A stretch of 64,000 nt of DNA. Source: Octopus sinensis. Its lineage: Eukaryota. The stretch lies in contig NC_043017.1 of assembly GCF_006345805.1 (NCBI RefSeq), forward strand, positions 24,180,001 through 24,244,000. Reading direction: 5' to 3'. This document shows positions 26,970 to 38,123 of the stretch, in pieces. The notes under the pieces were generated by a model. That model had not been told where the DNA came from. It saw nothing but the letters and a program-made list of their open reading frames with translations, and did not search any database. The translations under genes were made by a program, and so were the position numbers. The number at the start of each line of letters is the position of its first letter. The first letter of the stretch is position 1.

Positions 26970-27362
26970 GCTGTGGCTGTGTGGTAAGAAGTTTGCTTGC
27001 CAACTTCATGGTTCTGGGTTTAGTCCCACTGTGTGACACCTTGGGTAAGTGTCTTCAGTTACAGTTCAAGGCTGACCAAAGCCTTGTGAGTAGATTTGGT
27101 AGACGGAAACTCAAAGAATTTCATTAGGCGCGCGTGCTTGAGTGTGTTTGGGTTTCCTTGCCATGACATCGTGTGTCACTATCATACGAGTAGTACTATT
27201 TATTCATTAGCAATTTAGCGGTTCGGCAAAAGAGACCGATAGAATAAGTACTGGGCTTACAAAAGAATAAGTCCCGGGGTCGAGTTGCTCGATTAAAGGC
27301 GGTGCTCCAGCATGGCCGCAGTCAAATGACTGAAACAAGTAAAAGTGTAAAAGAGTAAGAGT
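26970..27362 (+). mobile_element. SINE family A (diverged 5' part, young-looking 3' part)
   Basis: 27207-27355 is nearly identical to the 3' parts of the young copies. Confidence 0.85.
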
Positions 27363-28142
27363 ATTCTGTGGAAAAATATGCCTGCCTGGCCATGGGGGAA
27401 GTATTACCTTGAAAGGCAACAGGAAGAGATCCGGCCGTAGAAAAACCTGCCTTAAATAAATAAACTCCGTCCGATCAAGCATGGAAAAAATGGACGTAAC
27501 AATAATGATGATGATGATGACGACATTTTTTTTTCTTTTTTCGTGAAGTGCAAGCCTACTCAGTTCACGGTTTGAGAACCCAGAACTGAAAGAAAACTAA
27601 CAAAAAACAAATGAAAGAACTACATTCCACAACTGAAGATTACAGAAGAGAGTTGATAATGTCATTATTATTATTCGTGTAATAAATTATATTTTACAGG
27701 GCATTTGCGTCACGTGCTTGATACAATGCCGGTGACGAAAGTGGAAAATACACATTTTTAAGCTGATTTTTTTTTAGCTTTTTCTCCACGACATTGGTTG
27801 ACGACAACAATTTGCAAGACTAAAATATCCAGACGTCACTGAAGAGAGGGCGGGGTCGGGGGAATTGAGGTGGAAGAGGAGGAGGGGGACAAAGAATAAG
27901 TAAGAAGTGAATACGATCGAATCACTTTGTAAAGGAAAACAATCCCTGGTAGGACGGCAACGAAAGGAAAAAAGAGGGGGGGGGAAAGAGTAATGAAAAA
28001 ATGCGATTCACATAATGGTTTATATAATCATACACACACACAAATACATACACACATATATACACACACAAACACATACACATTTATATATATATTATAC
28101 ACACACAAACACATATTTATATATATATTATACACAAACACG

Positions 28143-28173
<31 letters not shown>

Positions 28174-28324
28174 TATACAAACACACGCACATATATACAC
28201 ACACAAATATATGTACATATAAACTCATAAAATGTGTATATATGTGTGTGTGTATGTATGTGTGTATATATGTGTTTGTGTATGTATGTGTGTATATGTG
28301 TTTGTGTGTGTATGTATGTGTTTT

Positions 28325-28373
<49 letters not shown>

Positions 28374-28523
28374 TTACATATACACACACACACACATATA
28401 TACACACAAACACATACACACATACATCCACATATATATATATATATATACACATTTTTATGAGTTTATATGTACATATATTTGTGTGTTTGTGTGTGTG
28501 TGTATGTATATATATATATTATA

Positions 28524-28558
<35 letters not shown>

Positions 28559-28789
28559 CCAATTAAGGACTGAACACGAAAAGTGGACAGTCAACATGCT
28601 AGATATAGACGTCAAATCGCCATTCACCACAAAAGATTAATTATTTTATTTCGTATATTTTTCACTTGTTTATTGCTATGGTTTTGTGTTGAGTTTGATC
28701 TGAGAACATAATCTTTTGTGGTGAATGGCGATTTGACGTCTATATCTAGCATGTTGACTGTCCACTTTTCGAGTTCAGTCCTTAATTGG
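28559..28789. mobile_element. Foldback element / MITE with 81-bp inverted arms in a (TA)n site
   Basis: Arms 28559-28639 and 28709-28789 are reverse complements with 1 mismatch; 69-nt spacer; TA on both flanks. Confidence 0.85.
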
Positions 28790-28875
28790 TATATATAAAT
28801 ATTTTAATCTTCGGATTCTTTTTTAATATGCTAGACCACTGGTCTTAATTGATAAATATCAATTTCTACCCTTAA

Positions 28876-28916
<41 letters not shown>

Positions 28917-29363
28917 AACATAAATATATATCTACACACATATACATACACACACACACTCACACAAACATATCCAATACTCTCAACCCGTGTCCCATAT
29001 CAAGTGTATGTGTACGTGCAAAGCTTACGTGACGGCAAGTGGTGATCACGATATCACGATTCTAAAGTGCGACGTTCATAATTCCACGAATTTTAAAAAA
29101 TAAAGCACAAATACACACAATGCCACCACCATTGCCAACATAAGGGCGGGTCGTTTTTCTCACACGCACGTCTGATCTTTCAAAATAACGAAGTTCCAAA
29201 CCAGCATTTTTCATGGGCGTTGAAAGGAAACCTTGAGGCGACTGAAAAGAGGTGTGTGGACAAATTGCCACGATTTGATTAAAGCGAAGAAGGGTTTTAA
29301 ACTTCTTTTTACACTTGTCTAATCAGCAATGGAGAAGAAGAATCATAACTTCAAAATAATAAT

Positions 29364-29729
29364 CTCTTTTTACTCTTTTACTTGTTTCAGTCATTTGACT
29401 GCGGCCATGCTGGAGCACCACCTTTTAGTCGAGCAAATCGACCCCGGGACTTATTCTTTTGTAAGCCCAGTACTTATTCTATCGGTCTCTTTTGCCGAAC
29501 CGCTAAGTGACGGGGACGTAAACACACCAGCATCGGCAGTCAAGCAATGCTAGGGGGACAAACACAGACACACAAACATACACACACATACATATATATA
29601 TATATACATATATACGACAGGCTTCTTTCAGTTTCCGTCTACCAAATCCACTTACAAGGCATTGGTCGACCCGAGGCTATAGCAGAAGACTTGCTCAAGA
29701 TGCCACGCAGTGGGACTGAACCCGGAACC
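29364..29729 (-). mobile_element. SINE family A, young copy
   Basis: Near-identical to 52924-53332 and 45601-46050 (shared gctatagcagaag and aagatgccacgc variants). Confidence 0.92.
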
Positions 29730-31092
29730 CGTCAATAATAATAATAAATAATCAAACGTGAGAAGCCAGATCCCCAACCACATGATATCGGGTTCAGTCC
29801 CACTAAGTGGCACCTTCAGCAAGTGTCTTCTATAACCTCGAGTCAATCAAAGCTTTATGAATAGATTTGGTAGATGAAAACTGAAAGAAGCCCGTCTATG
29901 TGTGTGTGTGTGTGTGTGTATTTATATGGGATGCCAGTCTGTTGCAAGATTACTCGTTTTTGCCAACGGAGTGAACTGAAGGAACGTAAAATGAAGTGCT
30001 TTGCTCAAGAACACAACACATCGCGCAGTCTAGGAATCGAAACCACAATCTTGTGGTCATGGGTGCAACAGGTTAACCACTAAGCCACGCGCCTCCATAG
30101 AGGTCATGTCTTTCGTTTTCTCATAAATAAGAGAGGGTGAGTTCAAATTCCGCAAAGGTGAAACTTGTACTTCACAAAATTTACTCAAACCGATCTTCTT
30201 AACTACACAGCCAACACTACCAAATTAATTTTAAACTTTCATTTCAAAAATGTTTCAATTGCATCTTTTCTTTTAATATTTTTTCTTCGCCATAATCGTT
30301 TTAGGCATGGATTATTAATTGTAATTGACTAAAATCGCTTCAGCTTACGACACCAGATACGTTAACACCTACTCTACCATTAAAGTCGAACTAGATTGTA
30401 TCTGATGTATTCATTGTGTTGTTCGATTCATTTTTCTCAGATAAAAAAAATCACTTATATTACACAGATATACACACCTACTCATAAAGCCTTCGTGCTC
30501 ACCTATAAACACGAATTCACTGAAGAAAAAAATTGCTATCATCGGCTGGCACGTAAGTATAGAAGCATATACGTAAACATGTGTACACAGACCGAGTTGA
30601 CTACAGCGTTCAATAATCTCTAACCTATTCACCGCTCAATAGGAATGATGCACCGTACGACACAGTCTTAAACAATACTTAACCGTTTATCCGGCCGGCT
30701 TCCGGATATCTGGGAATGCTGTGCAAGATCGTACAATACACTGCACATTGTATTCAGCAAGCAAACCCTGTTTTGGAAGTTGGGTAATTTGTATAAGGTA
30801 TACTATTTTACTTGTTTCAGTCAGTTGACTGTGGCCATGCTGGAGTACCACCTTTAGTCGAGCAAATCAACCTCGGGACTTATTCTTGTGTGTGTGTGTG
30901 TCTGTTTTATTTAGACACAATTAATCAGGACTCTGGAATGGAAACAAAGAGAGATTTCAGCCATGAGATGGTGCTCTGCAGATAAATTCCAGGTAGTAAA
31001 AAATAAAATAAAACCCCGATCAACAAGACGACGAGAAATATCGTCACTCCGTCCTCAGCTAACTAAACTAGTAGCTTTACACATCAAGAGAA

Positions 31093-31284
31093 TATTGATT
31101 TCAAATTTTGGCACAAGGCCAGCAAGGTCGAGGAGGCTGTAAGTTGAACTGGTACTTATTTTATCAACCTCAAAAAGTTGAAAGGCAAAGCCAACCTCGG
31201 CGGAATTTGAACTCAGAACACGAAGACAGACGAAATGCCATTAAGCATTTCCCCGGCGTGCTAACGATTCTGCCAGCTCAGCGC
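31093..31284 (-). mobile_element. SINE family B, old tail type, CpG retained
   Basis: aattttggcacaaggcc tail and aaggcaaagccaacctcggcggaatttgaactcag core. Confidence 0.85.
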
Positions 31285-31587
31285 TTTACATCAAGAAAAT
31301 ATTAACATAAAAAAAAAACCAGTTGAGAGTTTTCTAGTAAAAGAATCTTAGCAGCACTTTTAAAATAAAACAAGATTTAATATCAGCGGGATTCGACCAA
31401 TTTACATAAGAGCCAGCAGACAAGAGCAACTTAAGACTCCGGAAAATACTAGAAGAAACAAGTGAGCCGGATTTTATATTTTCCGAATTGTGACGTGTAA
31501 AAGCCATTGAGTAGAACATCAGGAAAAACTGTAGCAGATGTGTAACGTAGGTTTCTGACCGCCTCCTTCTTCAAACGTAACGTAGCA

Positions 31588-31900
31588 CTGGTACTCCGTC
31601 AGTCACGACGACGAAGGTTCCAGTTGATCCGATCGACGGAACAACCTGCTCGTGAAATTAATGTGTATATGGCTGAGCAGTCCACAGACACACATGCCCT
31701 TAACGTAGTTCTCAGGGAGATTCAGCGTGACATAGAATATGACAAAGCTTGCCCTTTTGAAATACAGGTACTACCCATTTTCGCCAGCTGAGTGAACAGG
31801 AGCAATGTGAAATAAGGACATAATTGTGTCGCCGGGAATTGAACTCACAACCTTACAATCGTGAGCCGAACACCCTAACCACTAAGCCACGCGCCTTCAC
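31588..31900 (-). mobile_element. SINE family D (tRNA head plus CORE-like domain), full length
   Basis: Minus-strand head gaaggcgcgtggcttagtggttagg...gttcaattcccggc and ttgctcc..ttcactcagctggc core; homolog at 47542-47839. Confidence 0.88.
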
Positions 31901-31961
31901 TTAACTATAGCAGACACACACTTATATAAAGTGGCTGCCCTTGTGAGTCACTTTAGATACG

Positions 31962-32560
31962 TGAAGACGCGTGACCTACGGTTAGGGAGTGGATCGTACG
32001 ATCGTGGTTTCGATTCCAGAACCAGTGCACTCGATTGTAAATGAGCAGCCCTGCGACGGACTGGCGTCCCTGCACGTAGCCTGGTAGTTAAGGTGCTGCC
32101 CTCACGATCGTACAATAGTGGTTTCAATTCCCGTACCGGGTGGTACGTGATGTTCTTGAACAAAAAACATCTTTCATGAAACACCAGTCTAACCACTAGG
32201 CCATGAGTCCACGCACACACACACACACACACGCACGCACACACAAACACATAAATATGACGAATGAGCAAAAACAAGAAAAATACAATGAGAGGAGCAA
32301 GTTTCAACAAAGGTGTTATTAGTATAACGCTTGACAGGAAAGGTTTTAACGTTTCGGACGCTAGTCATTCATCAGGCAGATGGACTAGTGTCCCAGCATG
32401 TGGCCCAGCGATTAACGTGTTGCACTCACGATGGTTTCGATTCCTGTACTGAGCGATGCGTTGTGTTCTTGAGCAAAACAGTTTTTTTTCTTTTCTTATA
32501 ACTCCAATCCACTCAGCTGTAAATGAGTGGCCCTGCGATGGACCAAATGCCCCATTCAGT
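31962..32560. mobile_element. Cluster of family D tRNA-like head fragments
   Basis: Repeated A-box/B-box-like heads at about 31962, 32073 and 32400 (plus) and 32183-32208 (minus). Confidence 0.65.
32341..32380 (-). ncRNA. Minimal hammerhead-like motif (CUGAUGA...GAAAC), copy 1
   Basis: The minus strand reads tctgc CTGATGA at GAC tagc GTC c GAAAC GTT aa. Stem I is not evident. Confidence 0.4.
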
Positions 32561-32604
32561 TGCGAGTCGGGGGGGGGGGCATATTGTGATCTTGGTCACT
32601 TATA

Positions 32605-32806
32605 CGAAGGGTTGCTGAAAAGTTCCTGGCTTTGGGTAAAAGAAATTCAGGAGGATCAGTTATGATTTTAGTCAACATATTCCCCTCTCATATTCACATA
32701 CTTATCGCAGTGGTCCTCCAGCCCTGTAAAAGAACTGGGAAGGTTGGGCCTCCAACCAGGCCTTTCGCGATACCCTTAAAACCAGAAACTTTTCAGCACA
32801 CCCTTG
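32605..32806. mobile_element. mariner-type MITE
   Basis: Imperfect TIRs cgaagggttgctgaaaagttcctgg / ccagaaacttttcagcacacccttg, flanked by TA at 32603-32604 and 32807-32808. Confidence 0.85.
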
Positions 32807-33482
32807 TACATCACGGAAACCGGGTAAATGTGCTCATGATCCCTTAAGCAGTAATTTCCAAGGCTTGATGATGATGATATATATAGATATGATATATACA
32901 AACACAACGGGCTTCTTTCAGTTTCCGTCTACCAAATCCACTAACAAGGCTTTGGTCGGCCCTAGGCTATTGTAGAAGACACTTGCCACGCAGTGAGAAT
33001 GAACCTGGAACCATGTGCTTGGGAAGCAAGCTTCTTGCCACAGAACCACATCCATTATAACGACATGAAAACAAGTGTGTGTGTGTGTGTGTCTGTCTGT
33101 CTATTTTATTTATACACAATTAATCAGACTCTGGAATGGAAACAAAGAGAGATTTCAGCCATGAGATGGTGCTCTGCAGATAAATTCCAGGTAGTAAAAA
33201 ATGAAATAAAATAAAACCCCGATCAACAAGACGACGAGAAATATCGTCACTCCGTCCTCAGCTAACTAAACTAGTAGCTTTATACATCAAGAGAATATTG
33301 ATTTCAAATTTTGGCACAAGCGTTACGCCACTGAACTGAGACGTCAAATAACTAGAGGGGAAAAAGGCTAAAGTAAATATTACATAAACACATCCTCACG
33401 TTATGGCATACCTTCCAAGCAAGAACGACACTTTGCCGACCTTAAAATTTCAGAATTTAGAATATGAATATACAGAAATCTA

Positions 33483-33995
33483 CCGTAAATCCTCTAGTAT
33501 AGTCATCCCTTGAGTATAATACGCAGGGGATTTTTAGGGGGCTGTACCTCTGAAAAACCCAAACCATGTGTATAATACGCACCCCTTCTCTAACTTGAGT
33601 CAAGGAGGTCTATATAACGTCCTTGGTTTGTAAAAATGTATACGGTAACGTACTTTATTATTATTGTATATATAACATAATGCAAATGTGTAGCTTTTTT
33701 GTGCATTTTGTTTGCAGAAAATAAAGAAATAACAGTAATAACGTTTAATAAATGTTGCTTATTGCAAGTTATGGACGATCTTTTTATGACTTCATTGCTT
33801 TCAGGCTTAGCTTAAGGTATTTTCGCCCCCGACATCACAAAATGCGTCTGAATAAACATTGCCAGACAGCAAATAGAGACTCGGACATTGCTTAGAAAAT
33901 AATTTTCATTTTTAACCTCGTATATAGTACGCACTAGGGATTTTGACCTTAAAATTTGGGGGGGGGGAATGCGGATTATACTCGAGGATTTACGG
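33483..33995. mobile_element. MITE (Tc1/mariner-pogo-like) with 19-bp TIRs
   Basis: ccgtaaatcctctagtata / tatactcgaggatttacgg (1 mismatch), TA/CA flanks, and repeated internal gtataatacgca motifs. Confidence 0.85.
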
Positions 33996-34333
33996 CATGT
34001 AAATAAATACTTTTGTTACCAACCATCGAAATCCCAGCCTATATCTGTGAATGAAGCCAGAGACGGAAATGCTTCGTCATAAACTACTAAAACAAACATT
34101 TAACTTCTCTTAATCCGGTTTTCCTGACCTCTAAACTTGTTAATTATTCCGTACTTGTTTTCCTTTTCTACATTTTTATCTAGTAGTGCTTTTTCCATAA
34201 ATACACATTCTTCTATTTATCTAAACTACTTCCTCTTATTATCTTCTAAATTATCCACTACAGTAATCGTTCGCTATATCGCGGTTCACCTAACGCGCCC
34301 TCAGTACATGGCGAATTTTTCTGGCTAGTCTTA

Positions 34334-34490
34334 AGGTCTTAACGTTTCGGACGCTAGTCATTCATCAGGCAGAAGGGAAAGTAGAAGACGAAAATGTTTA
34401 GGGGCTGGGTGGAAATGCAACTCTATAGGGAGAGTAAGGAAATATATGCAAGTATGCGTTCCAAAACGAAGACGTAAATGGAAAGAACTG
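34334..34490 (-). mobile_element. Penelope-like end fragment with hammerhead-like motif, copy 2
   Basis: 34334-34373 matches 32341-32380 at 39 of 40 nt. Confidence 0.5.
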
Positions 34491-35535
34491 GTTTCGATTT
34501 AGAATCGAAACTTGAACTGCGGACTCGTTTTATTAAAAAAATGTTATCGTCTTTAGAAATCGATGATGTAAAAATATCATTATTGATTTCTAACAATAAC
34601 GTTTCAATAATTTTGTAATTATTTCAATAATAACTCTTATTGATTTCTCACAAAAGCACGCAAGAAGTGAAATTTAGGAGGATAGATAAGAATGTTTGGA
34701 CATCTCTTTGCAGACTTTAGCAGTGGCTACAAACATGAACATTCACCTTTCAGGAAAAAAAAAAAAGAAAGCAAAAAAAAGGTTTCGTTTTATAATTGGT
34801 GCAAGACAAATTTTTGTAGAAAAAGAAAATATAATCAGGTTAACGTCGACCAGTTTTGTATTTTATTAATATTTATTTCAACAGTCTTCTGTTATTGGGA
34901 CGGAAAACCTCAAAAACAGAAATATTGCTCCGATATTATTGATTCCTAAAAGATGAAATGTGGAATTGGCCTTAAAGAAAGAGGCAGAACGAAACTAAAT
35001 ACGATATACAACAACCCTGAATCTATGTGTTAATCGATTCTGCGAAAACGAACGCCTTAGTTCCGCCTTCAATTAGGATTTCATATATTGGAATAAAGCA
35101 AAACTGGTCTAGGCAGGGGTTAAAGTTAATTGAACCAATACAAAAGAAAGGAGAAGCAAGTCGATGCCGTTAACACGAAATATGAAAGGATGGTCGTTTC
35201 GTCATTTCCCAAACACTACAGCTCCACTCTGCGGCGTATCTACCTACGCAACTGTGCTCCGTTGATTTTGTTTCCTCATAACTTTATGAAAAACGAATAT
35301 CTTTTAATTAAATTTTTATACAAATATATTTCAGATGGCGTAGATTGTGATTATATTGGAATTAGCTGTGAAATTTAGGAGGATAAATAAGAACGTGGGA
35401 CACTTATTTCCAGACTTTAGCAGTGGCTACAAATATGGACATTCGCCTTTTTAAAAATAATAAAGGTTTCGTTTTATAACAGATGCGACATTAATTTTTG
35501 TAAAGAAAGATAATAAATATAGTCGGGTTAACTAG

Positions 35536-35936
35536 GGCGGCGAGCTGGCAGAAACGTTAGCACGCCGGACGAAATACTTAGCGGTATTTCGTCTGCCGTT
35601 ACATTCTGAGTTCAATCTCCACCAAGGTCGACTTTGCCTTTCATCCTTTCGGTGTCGATAACTTTAGTACCAGTTACGCACTGGGGTCGATATAATCGAC
35701 TTAATCTGTCTGTCTGTCCTTGTTTGTCTCCTCTGTGTTTAGCCCCTTGTGGGTAGTAAAGAAATAGGTATTTCGTCTGCCGTTATGTTCTGAGTTCAAA
35801 TTCCGCCGAGGTCGACTTTGCTTTTCATCCTTTCGGGGTCGATTAAATATGTACCATTTACGCACTGGGGTCGATATAATCAACTTAATCTGTCTGTCCG
35901 TCCTTGTTTAGCCCCCTGTGGGCAATGCAGAAATAT
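35536..35936 (+). mobile_element. SINE family B dimer with a 17-bp TSD
   Basis: Head ggcggcgagctggcagaaacg; the body restarts at aaagaaata|ggtatttcg; TSD aaatatagtcgg(g/a)ttaa at 35515-35531 and 35931-35947. Confidence 0.92.
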
Positions 35937-36785
35937 AGTCGGATTAATGTCAACGTATTTTTGTATAGTTCACACGAGTCAAATTTGTTTCCATATAACT
36001 TTAAGAAAAATAGATATTTTTTAATGAGAAATTATCTACAAATACCTTTCGGATAGTGAATACTATAACTATACCGAAATTTAATGTGAAAAATGTTTCG
36101 GAGGAGAGGGAGAGGAATTCTGAAAATTCAACAAGTTGACTGTTTCTTCATAACTTTCAGAGAAAAAGTATTTTTTTGATGAAATTTTCAACAAATATCT
36201 TTCAGATTGTGCGTATTACTAATATATCGGAATTTAATATGGAAAAACAGTGGTGGGCACGCACACATACAGACTGACATACAACACAAATATATAGTTT
36301 TCAACTAGCAATAACCACGATAGCTACAAAATGAAACTTGAAATGTTGAAAAAAAAAAATGTGATCTGTACAAGCACGTATGTGTGCGCGCCTACAAATT
36401 GTTTTTTTTTTTTTTTTTCCTTTTCACAGAAAAACCTCTTTCGTTTCTTTATATGGTGTAATATACCATGAACGTATTCACATCCAGTACAGATTGAATT
36501 GACCAACACCTAGCTTTTGTTTAAACATCTCTCACGAACAAGGAAATTCCGAAATAATATCTGCCTCATGTGGTTGGTTGGAAAGCAAGCTTCTACAAAA
36601 ATAAATTATGATTTTTTTTTTTAACATCAAATGTCTATGAGAGTTCCTCCGAGTATAATAGGAATGAAAGGGGTCCAAAGACAAAAAGTTGTTGAGAAAC
36701 ACTGATCCAGAACATTTTGTCAGTGATGGTCACACTCACCAATGAGTTGACAGTCACTATATAAGATATATATATAGTGTGTGTG

Positions 36786-37025
36786 TGGAGGCGCAAAGGC
36801 CCAGTGGTTAGGTCGTAGGATCGCGATTTCGATTCCCAGACCGGGCGTTGTGAGTGTTTTTTGAGCGAAAACACCTAAAAGCTCCACGTGGCTCCGGCAG
36901 TGGGGGGGGGTGACCCCTGCTGTACTCTTTCACCACTCTTTCTTCTGTTGGCCTACTCACTTAGCCAGCGGGGCGGCGTCATACGAAGGCTAAAACAATG
37001 CAAACGCATTGTGACCAGCGATGTC
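36786..37025 (+). mobile_element. tRNA-headed SINE (family D-related variant)
   Basis: ggaggcgcaaaggcccagtggttagg...ttcgattcccagaccggg head followed by ttgagcgaaaacacct. Confidence 0.75.
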
Positions 37026-37552
37026 TGGTCGGTCACGTGATATATATATAGTAGACGAAATATTGTACGGTTTACTGTGTTCACTCACGAACATGTTGTT
37101 GACTGGCTTCTATTACTTATATAATATATGACATGGCACTACGTATTCCAATTTCATTGTAATAAGAGAAGACTTATATGCTATGTGCCTGAAGCAGTGA
37201 CCTATTTGGAGTTTTTGCTAAGCTTAATTTAATTGAATGCTCTTTCTTCAGCACCACTTGAGTGTAGAATCTTACAACTGCAGACAGATACTTAAATATT
37301 AACCAGCCAGCCATCTTCCAGCGTCAAAAGAGTGTGGAATGACCAGTAAAACATCTACGATTGTAGACTAAGTCACAGGTTGTGGATGGATACATTAACA
37401 AAACATTGATTCTAAAATGATACTTGTCCATCACAATGATTCCTACTTTGCTCTATGTGTATCGTCTGCATACTTAGGAAGGTTAAAACTTCGTCTCGGG
37501 GAAATTATGTTATTTGGCAACAGTCTAGAGACTCGGTTTTACTTAAAACATA

Positions 37553-37716
37553 TCTTTTACTTGAACTGCAGCCATGATGGGGAACTTTAGTCAAAGGAAT
37601 CGACACCAGTACTTATTTTTTTAAAGCCTAGTATATATTCCATCGGTCTTTTTTGCCGAACTGCTAAGTTACGGGGAGGTAAATATAGCAATATCGATTG
37701 TCAAGCGGGGAAGGGG

Positions 37717-37766
<50 letters not shown>

Positions 37767-37842
37767 GGGCGTCTTTCAGTTTCTATCTACTACTCATAAA
37801 GCTTTGATCGGTCCGAGACTATAGAAGACACTTGCTCAAAGT
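37553..37842 (-). mobile_element. SINE family A, head lost into a (TACA)n tract
   Basis: Tail, core and central (CA)n are recognisable. Confidence 0.8.
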
Positions 37843-37847
37843 TTAAC

Positions 37848-38123
37848 GCATGCATGCATGCATACATGCATACATACATACATACATACATACGTACGTA
37901 CATACATACATACATACATACATACATACGTACGTACGTACGTACATACATACATACATGCATACATACATACATACATACATACATACATACATACATA
38001 CATACACACATACATACATACATACATACGTACGTACATACATACATACATACATACACACATACATACATACATACATACATACATACATACATACATA
38101 CATACATACATACATACATACAT
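37848..38123. repeat. (TACA)n tetranucleotide microsatellite, about 275 bp
   Basis: Direct inspection. Confidence 0.97.

Noticed and set aside
27993-28573. Multiple overlapping 110-156-aa ORFs
   Set aside because: Microsatellite read-through in all frames.
30643-30783. Selenoprotein exon (single in-frame TGA)
   Set aside because: The peptide resembles no selenoprotein I know, and no SECIS was identified.
31840-31900. tRNA gene
   Set aside because: Only A/B-box heads continuing into SINE bodies; no complete cloverleaf was found here or at 36786, 47542 or 58135.
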